A stretch of DNA of 64,000 nucleotides from a virus: the IMG/VR virus record IMGVR_UViG_3300045988_090162; one strand, 5' to 3'. The notes beneath the pieces were generated by a model that ran no database searches, had not been told where the DNA came from, and worked only from the letters and a program-made list of their open reading frames with translations. Numbering within the stretch: the stretch's first letter is position 1; every line of letters begins with the position of its first letter. Shown here in pieces: positions 26,625 to 35,912 of this stretch. A program made the position numbers and the translations under genes.

Positions 26625-26915
26625 TTAATAAGTGATGATATAGACCTTGCGGCTAGTGTCGTGATAAATCTGCGTCACTTCTGCTAAAATGTTGTGCAGT
26701 ACAGCATCGCCAACAATCTTCTTAGCTTCATCATCGCCATATGCAAGAATAAAATGCGGAACAATTGCATCATATGTATCACGAACAGGAACGCGCTTGC
26801 CATTAACGAAATCTACAAGGGTAGTATACTGTTCACACCATACAAATACAAAATTCGGATTGAGTTTTGTAATGTATGAATTCATTTCCTTGTCAGGAAT
26901 AATAATACAATTCAT
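26625..26915 (-). CDS. hypothetical protein
   Basis: 96-aa ORF. Confidence 0.45.
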   Translation of the reverse strand: MNCIIIPDKEMNSYITKLNPNFVFVWCEQYTTLVDFVNGKRVPVRDTYDAIVPHFILAYGDDEAKKIVGDAVLHNILAEVTQIYHDTSRKVYIITY

Positions 26916-26999
26916 TACTTAAATCGCTTTCCATAGTAATATGCGTATACAGAAAAAAGAAAAATAACAACAATGCTAACAATTACAATAAACATGTTA

Positions 27000-27647
27000 T
27001 CACATACCTAACTTCTCTAATAAATATTGAGAATTAATTTTATTATAATCATAATATGGTATACGTATAAGATTGATATTATTATCAATGCAAAATTTCG
27101 TTTTTATAGAATCACGATATAATACTTCATTAAAGTTGTTTTCGTCATTCCATCCTGTAATTTTATAATGTTGAATACCATCATACTCGATACAAGTATT
27201 ATAGTCTGGCAAATAAAAATCAAAACGTAATGGACAAGACGTTTTAGGATTAATGCAACCTTCAAAAGTCTTTTGCGTGATATAAGGTATATTTGAATTA
27301 TTTAAGATTTCATTTATAAGGAATTCTCCCTTTGATTTTAAACATCCACACGATTTAGTATGTCCAGAAATTAAATGTCCTGTACCAACATATACAATAT
27401 TACCACAACTACATTGGCATTTCCATAATTTTGATTTATTTTTACTTCCTTTTTGACTTGCTTGGATAACTTTTGACCTTCCAAACATTTGTCCAACAAG
27501 ACTTCTACCAGCGCATCCACATGAAGTAGTGCTTAACGTCTTTAGCGCCGTTGCAGAAACGTCTACTTCCAAACCACAGTCGCATAGACAATGCCAATAA
27601 TTATTATTACTAGAATCTGTTTTATTTATTTTATATAAAGCAGCCAA
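27000..27647 (-). CDS. putative endonuclease with a duplicated N-terminal Cys-rich (zinc-finger-like) module
   Basis: Two copies of C.C.CG...V.....L.SG.TKSCGC, then a C-terminal IEYDGIQHY block typical of homing/restriction-like endonuclease folds. Confidence 0.4.
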   Translation of the reverse strand: MAALYKINKTDSSNNNYWHCLCDCGLEVDVSATALKTLSTTSCGCAGRSLVGQMFGRSKVIQASQKGSKNKSKLWKCQCSCGNIVYVGTGHLISGHTKSCGCLKSKGEFLINEILNNSNIPYITQKTFEGCINPKTSCPLRFDFYLPDYNTCIEYDGIQHYKITGWNDENNFNEVLYRDSIKTKFCIDNNINLIRIPYYDYNKINSQYLLEKLGM

Positions 27648-27658
27648 ATAACCAAATT

Positions 27659-28102
27659 TTAATAAAGTTCTTGAAAAGCCAAACCATTGTCATCTGTATA
27701 ATAGATATGGCGAATTCCTTTGTCTCGCAAAGCGTTAAGACATGCGGCGCAAGGAAAACTTCTGCCCATGAGAAGTGGCTTGCCGGGTGAAATACGATAA
27801 ATATAAATATTTGCCTTGCTATAATTAATATTTATATCAATGCACTTTGGAATGTTTAGCAAACAATCCATTTCAGCGTGCAAATAATCATGAATAGGCT
27901 TTCCATTATACCTAAAAGTCCTATATTTGCGATTATACTTTTTCTGCAAAGGATTAGTCTTGCGACTATTATGACCAGTAGCAAGAACACGTCCCTTGTA
28001 TGAGATTACCGCCCCGAGTTTAAAAGGTTCATATGTAGATTCCAGTGCCGCCTTTCGCGCCAAATCAAACATCTTCATATCATGCTTACTAAACTCAGCC
28101 AT
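27659..28102 (-). CDS. dCMP/cytidine deaminase (zinc-dependent)
   Basis: HAEMDCL ... PCAACLNAL (H[AC]E + PCxxC zinc-binding signature). Confidence 0.75.
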   Translation of the reverse strand: MAEFSKHDMKMFDLARKAALESTYEPFKLGAVISYKGRVLATGHNSRKTNPLQKKYNRKYRTFRYNGKPIHDYLHAEMDCLLNIPKCIDININYSKANIYIYRISPGKPLLMGRSFPCAACLNALRDKGIRHIYYTDDNGLAFQELY

Positions 28103-28167
28103 TTATTAAATCCTTTCACATCTTATATTATATATAATATCATAAGATGTATCCAGCGTCAAGAACT

Positions 28168-28380
28168 TTATTTCACCAAAGTAAAATTAGGATGATAACC
28201 AATCGACTTGCCGCATAGTGTAAGCAAGTTTACACAATTCGAGATAATACGCTCATACTCTTTAGTGCTATTGGCATTCTCCAATAGAGAAATAGAAGCG
28301 GCCATAGAAGTTTTTGCAAACTCTACAGGGCTTAACTCAATATAGATTTTTGCTTCTGGTGATAAATCGTTCCAATTCAT
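28168..28380 (-). CDS. hypothetical protein
   Basis: 70-aa ORF. Confidence 0.4.
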   Translation of the reverse strand: MNWNDLSPEAKIYIELSPVEFAKTSMAASISLLENANSTKEYERIISNCVNLLTLCGKSIGYHPNFTLVK

Positions 28381-28441
28381 ATGACCGCATCCTTTCTTAA
28401 ACTAAATATATTATAGAATAAAATAATTCAAAAGTCAATAA

Positions 28442-29416
28442 TTATTTTTCATCGTATGCGGCAAAAGCATTTAGCATTTTAGTAATAAGAGCGTGCCTTA
28501 CAACATCTGCTTCTGTCATGCGGACAACGCCGATACCAGATACATCTTTCAGACTATTGGCAAGATATTCAAGACCGCTTTCGCCTTTGGAATCTTGCTG
28601 AACCAAGTCGCCGCACAAGACAATCTTAGAATCTTCTCCTAAACGTGTGACTGCAAGTTTTCCTAGAATCGTATTCATATTCTCTGCTTCATCCACGAGA
28701 AGGAAAGTCTTATATAGAGAACATCCGCGCATATATCCTAGCGGTAACATCTTAATTTTACCCTTTTCGATATATGAATCAAGTTTCTCACGCCCGAGAA
28801 CTCGTTCAAATACATCCATCATAGGAAGTGCATATAGTGAAAACTTTTCATCGGCAGTGCCGGGAAGTGCGCCTAAATCTGCTTCACCTTTTGCTGAAAC
28901 CATTGGACGAGAGATAACGATAGTATCTACATTCTTATTGATAAGCTGAGACAGAGCATAGCATACTGCTGTATAGGTCTTGCTTGCACCAGGAGGAGCA
29001 ATACAAATAGTAATAGCATTGTGCCGCATACTATTTAGATATTCAAGTTGACCTTCTGTGCGGACCTTGATTTCTTTCTTACCATATTTCAAAATCGTGG
29101 TAGAAGAATCAGAATTGTCAAAGATGCCGCCATCCGCACTTTGCCTTGCAAGAAGCTGTACTTCATCTGTACTGATTTCGTCTTTTGAGCAAGCAATTTC
29201 AATCAGCTTTTCAAATACCTCTTGAGCTTGATGTACAGATTTCTCCTTGCCAAAAATTACGATATTATTCTTTTCCTTAGAGCGTCCAAGATTAACACGT
29301 AGAGAGTCATCAATTTGCTCTTTAATGGCCTTCACATACCTATCTGATGGGCCTAGCACATTGACGGCATCAATACCACGAGGAATAGACACGTTAACTT
29401 GGATATTGTTGTTCAA
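28442..29416 (-). CDS. phoH: PhoH-like ATPase
   Basis: ICIAPPGASKTYTAV Walker A, DEAENM Walker B-like, and overall PhoH layout. Confidence 0.7.
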   Translation of the reverse strand: MNNNIQVNVSIPRGIDAVNVLGPSDRYVKAIKEQIDDSLRVNLGRSKEKNNIVIFGKEKSVHQAQEVFEKLIEIACSKDEISTDEVQLLARQSADGGIFDNSDSSTTILKYGKKEIKVRTEGQLEYLNSMRHNAITICIAPPGASKTYTAVCYALSQLINKNVDTIVISRPMVSAKGEADLGALPGTADEKFSLYALPMMDVFERVLGREKLDSYIEKGKIKMLPLGYMRGCSLYKTFLLVDEAENMNTILGKLAVTRLGEDSKIVLCGDLVQQDSKGESGLEYLANSLKDVSGIGVVRMTEADVVRHALITKMLNAFAAYDEK

Positions 29417-29429
29417 TAGAATCCCGCCT

Positions 29430-30023
29430 TTAATCTAATACTAGCTCCGTATTCTTCTTATATCGCTCATAGTCCTCTTGCGACACATCGAATACAGTAA
29501 AGATACCTGTCTTAATATACACGCCACCCATATTACCGTCACGCTTAATGCGACCGAGCATGTCTTTCCATCCGTCCTCAATCACTTCAACTCGTTGTTT
29601 GTCTGGCGATACGACATATGCAGCAGAATATTTGCGACCTTCTTCTTTGCTTACTTCACCGCTAAGATAAAGATACTGTGGAGTTTTACTAATATCTTCC
29701 TCATATGAACGATATATAGAAACCATGTTATCCATGAGGTTTCCTAAAACATAGATTTGAAGGATAGGACGCACATGCTTGTAATCACAAATGACAGTAT
29801 TGAGCCAATCGTTTAAGGACATGTCCTCGCATTTAAACTCTGCGCCAAAATCGTCCATCAATATAACTTCAAAGTCAAGTTCTTCTTTATCATCTTCGAT
29901 GTTAAAGTCAATCGCTTCGGAGATATAATATTCAATTTCATCATATGAAATAAGATTATCAAATTGTCCATATAAAGTATATGGAATATCATTTACAATA
30001 GCTTGAATCTTGCAATAACGCAT
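29430..30023 (-). CDS. hypothetical protein
   Basis: 197-aa ORF. Confidence 0.5.
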   Translation of the reverse strand: MRYCKIQAIVNDIPYTLYGQFDNLISYDEIEYYISEAIDFNIEDDKEELDFEVILMDDFGAEFKCEDMSLNDWLNTVICDYKHVRPILQIYVLGNLMDNMVSIYRSYEEDISKTPQYLYLSGEVSKEEGRKYSAAYVVSPDKQRVEVIEDGWKDMLGRIKRDGNMGGVYIKTGIFTVFDVSQEDYERYKKNTELVLD

Positions 30024-30024
30024 A

Positions 30025-30597
30025 TTAACCTTTCATCCTATAGCGTCGAGAGTATTCCATCATGCAACATGCTGCGCTTTGCGCAACATTCAATGAGCGG
30101 CAAGAGCCATATTGGCGAATATAAATCATTTCATCACACTTGTCAATGATTTCTTTTGGTAGCCCATCACACTCATTCCCATATACAAACGCAGACTTCA
30201 TTGGAATGTCAACATCATAAATATTCTGCGGATTATACTCTGGAATATTATCTACAGCAAAAATAGTATATCCAAGAGGATGAAGAATCCCAAGAACTTC
30301 ATCGAAATCATCAGCATGATATACAGTTTCATATCTATGAGTGCTAATTGAGCCACGTCTATCCCACTTCTTGCGGCCAACGATATAGACTTCTTTCCCA
30401 AGAAACGCATTATGCGCACGGATGCCGCTAGCAATATTGATATTGTACCCTACATTCATAAAAATAGAAACCATTGGGAGCCTATTCTTTTGTAGGTCAG
30501 CTTTAATCTCTTCATCAGTCCACTTTTTATACGCATCAATGACATTTCGCTTTGCCGTCTCACAGAACTCTGTGCTGTAGCCATACTGAGTAATCAT
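30025..30597 (-). CDS. SPOUT (SpoU/TrmH-family) RNA 2'-O-methyltransferase
   Basis: C-terminal VYGNECDGL ... IRQYGSCRSLNVAQSAACCMME matches the SpoU motifs (GNE.GL, SLNV...A). Confidence 0.7.
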   Translation of the reverse strand: MITQYGYSTEFCETAKRNVIDAYKKWTDEEIKADLQKNRLPMVSIFMNVGYNINIASGIRAHNAFLGKEVYIVGRKKWDRRGSISTHRYETVYHADDFDEVLGILHPLGYTIFAVDNIPEYNPQNIYDVDIPMKSAFVYGNECDGLPKEIIDKCDEMIYIRQYGSCRSLNVAQSAACCMMEYSRRYRMKG

Positions 30598-30605
30598 AAC
30601 GTCCT

Positions 30606-30845
30606 TTACATAGTAATAAAGATAGTAAACATTAAATAACCATAATTTTTATCAGATTCAATATCAAAGTTAATTACATCTGCCTTTAAAATTTCCTCAT
30701 GCTTTTCAGCCAGCCATTCTTTTACTGGAACTGATTCAGTTTGCATATCAGGAATATCATACAGCGTAAATTGGACATATGTATTTTCTTTTAATTCATC
30801 AGTCATAGCTGCCAATAAACAATAAACATTCATATTACCACTCAA
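30606..30845 (-). CDS. hypothetical protein
   Basis: 79-aa ORF. Confidence 0.4.
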   Translation of the reverse strand: MSGNMNVYCLLAAMTDELKENTYVQFTLYDIPDMQTESVPVKEWLAEKHEEILKADVINFDIESDKNYGYLMFTIFITM

Positions 30846-31050
30846 TCAGTGAAAGCTGGTCAGTAAGACGCTGAGAGATTTCATCATCTTCAATATAGAA
30901 AATATCTTCCTTATCATTTACAAGATAATTAGAGATAATCTGCCCAAAACGCTGGTCAGGGTACTGCTCCCAAAGGTCTTGAAACTTTACAAGAATATCA
31001 TAGATTCTATTTACATCACGCATAATTGTTCCTTTCAAATATAAAGTCAA
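30835..31050 (-). CDS. hypothetical protein
   Basis: 71-aa ORF. Confidence 0.4.
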   Translation of the reverse strand: MTLYLKGTIMRDVNRIYDILVKFQDLWEQYPDQRFGQIISNYLVNDKEDIFYIEDDEISQRLTDQLSLIEW

Positions 31051-31253
31051 AAGTCAATTAAAACATTTCAAGAAATGCCTTATAGATTTCAAAACGAAAC
31101 TTTTCAAAACGTGCGGCAAATGCAATATACGAATAGCCGCACATAAAAAGTACATATAGTACAAATAGACAATCTGCCATTACTACTCCCTAGAATTAAA
31201 CATGAGACATGCTACAGTGTAGCCAAAAAAGAAACCAATAGCAAAACAAATCA

Positions 31254-31442
31254 TTACTTAATCTTGACCTTCCAAATATCATCGTATGTGTATGGAACGT
31301 TGTCAAGATTTTTCTGCTGCGGACTTGCTTTAGCGCGAATCTTTCTAGTCTCTAAAGCTATATGCTCCATATAACATTTTCCAGCAATTGCCGCAATCAC
31401 AAGAACAGTGATGCAGATAATTGTAATAGCATCAATTCCCAT
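31254..31442 (-). CDS. small membrane protein
   Basis: 62 aa with an N-terminal TM helix. Confidence 0.4.
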   Translation of the reverse strand: MGIDAITIICITVLVIAAIAGKCYMEHIALETRKIRAKASPQQKNLDNVPYTYDDIWKVKIK

Positions 31443-31482
31443 TATTCTTCCTTCTCTTGGATTTTATTTAAGTCTATTATAT

Positions 31483-31516
31483 AGCAAAAAAGTCCCAAAG
31501 TCAATAGAAACTTTGG
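31483..31516 (-). terminator. rho-independent terminator
   Basis: minus strand AGTCCCAAAGTTTCTATTGACTTTGGGACTTTTTTG. Confidence 0.65.
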
Positions 31517-31528
31517 GACTAATTTATA

Positions 31529-32461
31529 TTATTTTGTATTGACTACTGGCGTTGACCCTTGCGGCACAACTACAGTATTGCCATTCTTTGACATTTCCTT
31601 TAGAGCATCAATGTACTCTTGGGTTAGAACATTATCAGTTAGAGACTCATTAAGCACACGGTTTGCTTCTGCTTCTTTCGTAGCTTCGATAACCTTAGTC
31701 TCACCCTTAATCTTTGCAGTTTCCTGCTGGTTTTGAGCCTTGGCTTTCTCTACTTCTGCGGCCTGAGAATCAGCATACGCGTCAGTAATAGACTTAGCAT
31801 AAGAAATATCCTGAACGCTTACCTGCTCAACAGTAAGACCAATCTTAGACCACTTCTTTTCAAGAGCCTTTTGAACAGCCTTGGTATACTGAGCGCGGTC
31901 AGTTAGCATTGTAATGGTATCGAATTGACCAGAAACTTCACGTGCTACAGAACGGAGGTCATTAGCTGCATAATTCTTGGTGAAGTTCTCTTGGGTGCCG
32001 TATTCAGTGTAAAGATACTCAGCTGTCTTCGGGTCAAGGCTATAGTTAATCTGAATATCAACATTAGCAGAAGAACCTGACTTATCATTTACAGTTACGC
32101 AAGGACCCTCAGCAGAACCACCATCATAGGAGTATTCTGTGTCTTTACCGTAAAAGTTGATTAGGTTATTACGTGTATCAAATGTAATCACATCATTCCA
32201 AGGCGTAGTAAAGTGAAAGCCTGCATCTGTAGTAGACCCAGCTAGATTGCCGCCAAGAGAACGAAGAACAACTACTTCACCTACGTCTTGTGAGTAGACA
32301 CAGCCAAGGCCAATAGCAATTAGACCAAGCACGATAACTACCGCTCGTAGCCCTAGTGGAACACGCTCTTCATGTTTATCTTCTTTGAAGAAAGATAGAC
32401 ATACGGCAATTCCTACAACCGTAATGATTACACCAATAATAAAAATAAGAATTTTAAACAT
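31529..32461 (-). CDS. SPFH/band-7 (prohibitin/HflK-like) membrane protein
   Basis: N-terminal TM helices, SQDVGEVVVLRSLGG...TTPW..VITFDTR core, and a C-terminal Ala/Glu/Lys coiled coil. Confidence 0.65.
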   Translation of the reverse strand: MFKILIFIIGVIITVVGIAVCLSFFKEDKHEERVPLGLRAVVIVLGLIAIGLGCVYSQDVGEVVVLRSLGGNLAGSTTDAGFHFTTPWNDVITFDTRNNLINFYGKDTEYSYDGGSAEGPCVTVNDKSGSSANVDIQINYSLDPKTAEYLYTEYGTQENFTKNYAANDLRSVAREVSGQFDTITMLTDRAQYTKAVQKALEKKWSKIGLTVEQVSVQDISYAKSITDAYADSQAAEVEKAKAQNQQETAKIKGETKVIEATKEAEANRVLNESLTDNVLTQEYIDALKEMSKNGNTVVVPQGSTPVVNTK

Positions 32462-32504
32462 TATAACCTTTCATCATAGTTGACTTTAATATTCAATTGT
32501 AAGA

Positions 32505-33017
32505 CTAGATTGCTTTTAATTGGTCAATGATTGGCAAGATTTGCATATTGCTTGTGCCGATAGCGTAGTTTTGCTGCTCTGAAATAAATACAATCTTGTC
32601 AAACGGTTCATTGTCTTGTGGCGAAACTTTGCATCTATACATTTCTGCAATTTCCTTTTCACTTAGACGATGATATTTATCACGATTCTTATTGCGCGCA
32701 ACTGCTACATTTTTTGGAGTTTCAACCCAAACGCAAATAACTTCGCAGCCATTGTAATGTACATTGTTGAAAAACTTATCGCGTTGAGCGCGATTGATAT
32801 TGCGGTCATTCGCCACAACGTAACGATGTGATTTTAAGGCAATGTTAACTGCGTTATAAAAGCGCTTGTCAACTGTGTCGGCTTCTTCTGAATTATACAT
32901 GCGGCAATTATCTCTTTTGATTACCATACAGTCTTCATGTGAATCTTGAATTGCCTTTGCAAATACAGACTTACCGCTCTGCGTTACACCGCACATTAGA
33001 ATTAGCGTATGCTTCAT
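32505..33017 (-). CDS. P-loop NTPase (small kinase-like)
   Basis: MCGVTQSGKS Walker A at residues 8-17; 170 aa. Confidence 0.5.
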   Translation of the reverse strand: MKHTLILMCGVTQSGKSVFAKAIQDSHEDCMVIKRDNCRMYNSEEADTVDKRFYNAVNIALKSHRYVVANDRNINRAQRDKFFNNVHYNGCEVICVWVETPKNVAVARNKNRDKYHRLSEKEIAEMYRCKVSPQDNEPFDKIVFISEQQNYAIGTSNMQILPIIDQLKAI

Positions 33018-33023
33018 TTTTGC

Positions 33024-33404
33024 CTACCAATAGATAGTATACTTACTAATCGTAATATCAATTCGGTCAACGCCACGGAAATAAGTTACTTGATAATGTT
33101 CATTGCGTGTTACGTTATAGCCAAGAGACTCTTCAAGAGATGCAAATACTTCCTTCTGTGGATTGGTGAAGTCTTTCTCTGCGGCAGGAACGATGCTACC
33201 GCTCTGAACGATTTCTTCGTAGAAGTCAGATACATGCGGATAGAAGTCTACACTATTCTTACCATCATTGGCTGCTTTTTCAATATCTTTCATTACAATA
33301 TTGAAATAATCATATTTTTGAACTTGCTTGAACCGCTCTTCCCTTTTCTTCTTTAGAGCGACATAACGCATGTCACGTGCTTTTTCTGCTGTAATTGGTT
33401 CCAT
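33024..33404 (-). CDS. hypothetical protein
   Basis: 126-aa ORF; last gene of the leftward block. Confidence 0.5.
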   Translation of the reverse strand: MEPITAEKARDMRYVALKKKREERFKQVQKYDYFNIVMKDIEKAANDGKNSVDFYPHVSDFYEEIVQSGSIVPAAEKDFTNPQKEVFASLEESLGYNVTRNEHYQVTYFRGVDRIDITISKYTIYW

Positions 33405-33869
33405 GTAATATCCTTTCTTTTATGCGTTGGCTATATTATAAACCATAATCATATTGTATGTCAATACTTTTTAGAAAGAATTTTAATTAAAAATTTTTCT
33501 TGACAAAAGACTTGAAAATCATTATACTTTTAACTGGGTTGTTAAGGGGTTTACCCCTTAAATATATATAAAATAAATTATATTAGTTTATAATATAATT
33601 AAATTAGTTTATATATGTATATTGACTTTTATATATATAAGAGATATTATATAATTGTTTTATATATAAAAGATTTTATTATAAAGAAATTCCTGTGCTA
33701 CGCACAGTAATTTCTATTAAAAGAAGAGAAAAAGGATTAAAGAAAAATAAACTACTTTGCTATGCAAAGTAGTAAAAAGAAACAGTAAAAAGAGAAGAAA
33801 AAAAGTTTTTGCGTGCGGCCAAAAATTTGTGTATAATGTAATTACGAAAACAAGAGAAAGGATTTTATA
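33405..33869. promoter_or_regulatory. AT-rich strand-switch region with palindromes (divergent promoters; candidate origin)
   Basis: TTAAGGGGTTTACCCCTTAA palindrome at ~33545, perfect hairpins CTGTGCTACGCACAG and CTACTTTGCTATGCAAAGTAG, TATATA-rich repeats; TTGACA...TATACT at ~33500 and GTGTATAATG at ~33828. Confidence 0.5.
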
Positions 33870-34802
33870 ATGTCTCATTTCAATAAGTATGTGCATCTTG
33901 AGCGCTCGACTCGTGCAGAAGTTCAGAACTTTATCGGTCGTGACACAATTTTGCAGCCGAAGCTGGATGGTACGAATAGTTCTATCTGGGTAAACGATAA
34001 TGGAAATATTACTTGCGGTAGCCGTACTCGTGAGATTTCTATCGAGAAGGATAACGCTGGTTTCGCTGATTATATCACCAACACTGACGATACTGAGGTT
34101 AAGGCACTAAAGAATTGGTTGCTTGACCATCCTAATTATATCATTTACGGCGAGTGGCTTGGCGGTGTTGATGGCCGCAAGTTCACTGGTACTATCAAGA
34201 CTTATCTTGAAGGCGGATTCTTCATCTTTGATATTCTCAATACTAAGGATGGTGAGTATGTTGATTATGATGTATGGTGTCCAGTAGTTAGTAAGTTCTA
34301 TCATCGTTGCGTTCCTGTCATTTGCCGCATTAGCAACATGACTTGGGACGATGTGAACAAGCACGTTGACGAGTGTACTTACAATCTTCCAAAGGGGACT
34401 ATCGGTGAGGGCATCGTAATCAAGGCTTACCCTTGCGTGCGCGACCCATGGGGTAATGTTCAGATTGCCAAGATTGTTCGTGACGAGTGGCATCATTACA
34501 AGTCTAAGAAGAAGACTGTCTACACGGGCAATGACTCTTTGGAGAAGGAGTTTGTAGAGAAGTATTGCACTGAGGCTTTTGTCGAGAAGGAAGTCAATAA
34601 AGTTCTTATCGCTCTTGATATGGAGAAAATTGATTGCAAGAACGACAAGTTCTTCGGCATGGCTATCAATAAGGTTCTTGACGAACTTATGGAAGAGAAC
34701 TTCTGGGATTTCTTCAAGAAGAAGAAAGCTGCTTCTGTCAAACTGGCCGCAATCAAGGGTCTTACTCAAGCACGAGTACGCGAGTACATTCTTAACAACT
34801 AA
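33870..34802 (+). CDS. RNA ligase 2-like (Rnl2 family) nucleotidyltransferase
   Basis: FNKYVHLER...(22 aa)...KLDGTN (KxDG motif I) in the same arrangement as the T4 Rnl2 N-terminus (FKKYSSLEN...KIHGTN). Confidence 0.6.
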   Translation: MSHFNKYVHLERSTRAEVQNFIGRDTILQPKLDGTNSSIWVNDNGNITCGSRTREISIEKDNAGFADYITNTDDTEVKALKNWLLDHPNYIIYGEWLGGVDGRKFTGTIKTYLEGGFFIFDILNTKDGEYVDYDVWCPVVSKFYHRCVPVICRISNMTWDDVNKHVDECTYNLPKGTIGEGIVIKAYPCVRDPWGNVQIAKIVRDEWHHYKSKKKTVYTGNDSLEKEFVEKYCTEAFVEKEVNKVLIALDMEKIDCKNDKFFGMAINKVLDELMEENFWDFFKKKKAASVKLAAIKGLTQARVREYILNN

Positions 34803-34898
34803 ATAAAATTTTAAGTGGCTGCCAAATTTTTCTTGACGGCTCACTTTTTATATGTTATAATTATGTCAAAAGAAAAAGACATTCTCTAGGGAGATTTA

Positions 34899-35102
34899 AT
34901 GACACTCGAAGATGCAATCATTCAAGGCCGACCTGAATATAAGACTTTTGATTTGTTTGGTTTGGTAAATCAAGATGGATATACGCATTTTGTATGGCTT
35001 GGAAATGTTGACCAAGTATATGATTGCTATCAAGACCAAGAGATAGAAGCAATTAACAATTTTACTAAAGAAATTCGTTTAAAGCATATCATAGAAGAAT
35101 AG
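34899..35102 (+). CDS. hypothetical protein
   Basis: 67-aa ORF with RBS GGGAG. Confidence 0.45.
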   Translation: MTLEDAIIQGRPEYKTFDLFGLVNQDGYTHFVWLGNVDQVYDCYQDQEIEAINNFTKEIRLKHIIEE

Positions 35103-35114
35103 GAGTATTAAATT

Positions 35115-35318
35115 ATGTGGATGATTTACGGAAAGCGCACCAAGGAACCTTATATTGATAAGCAGTTCCGTATGCTTACAGCAAAAGGTATGCGCACAAC
35201 TGATTCAAGCAAGGCAATGATGTTTGTCGAGAAGAAGAATGCCGAAGCATTTCTTGAGAAAGTCAAAGCTGGCAAGACTTATTATGACCCTATCTTTGAA
35301 ATCCGCAAGGCTCGCTAA
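35115..35318 (+). CDS. hypothetical protein
   Basis: 67-aa ORF with RBS AGGAG. Confidence 0.45.
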   Translation: MWMIYGKRTKEPYIDKQFRMLTAKGMRTTDSSKAMMFVEKKNAEAFLEKVKAGKTYYDPIFEIRKAR

Positions 35319-35560
35319 TGTATACATATATTGGTGAAGACTGGGTATATAAAAATCCTGTGCCGCCAATGAATGTTGAATTGAAACATGGACAGCAATA
35401 TGATATTCATATTGAATCTGATTCACAGATGATATATGTAAACGGTGTTCCTATAGTCACAGAGTCAGTAGAAGTAAGAGTAGTTCTGCCACCAGATTAT
35501 CAAGTATGGATTCCATACAATCCAGCTAGATTTATAAAAGACTGGCAACCAAGTGGATGA
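35318..35560 (+). CDS. hypothetical protein
   Basis: 80-aa ORF, ATGA overlap with upstream gene. Confidence 0.45.
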   Translation: MYTYIGEDWVYKNPVPPMNVELKHGQQYDIHIESDSQMIYVNGVPIVTESVEVRVVLPPDYQVWIPYNPARFIKDWQPSG

Positions 35561-35885
35561 TTATACAATCGTTAGCCTATATTGCCATGACTGCGATAAT
35601 GATTCATGCCCATTGTGCCGCATAGGTGAATATGTTCCAGAAGAATCTAGGCAAGGATGCACTAGAAAATTAGACAATGATACATATGCTGAATATGAGC
35701 ATATAAATAATGAGATTCTACCCTTTCTTTCTTTTGGTATGTACAAAAATGGGACTGAAAGGGTAGACGAATTTTTAAAATATGTCTATAAAAGATGTCC
35801 TATCGGTACAGTTTTAGATGAAAAAGGCAAGGCCATCGGCACTAAAAAGAAAATAATTGACAAATGCAACTCTGAAATGATATAA
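35553..35885 (+). CDS. hypothetical Cys-rich protein
   Basis: 110 aa, CHDCDNDSCPLC. Confidence 0.45.
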   Translation: MDDYTIVSLYCHDCDNDSCPLCRIGEYVPEESRQGCTRKLDNDTYAEYEHINNEILPFLSFGMYKNGTERVDEFLKYVYKRCPIGTVLDEKGKAIGTKKKIIDKCNSEMI

Positions 35886-35912
35886 TATAGTGGAACGAAG
35901 AAAGGAAACTAT

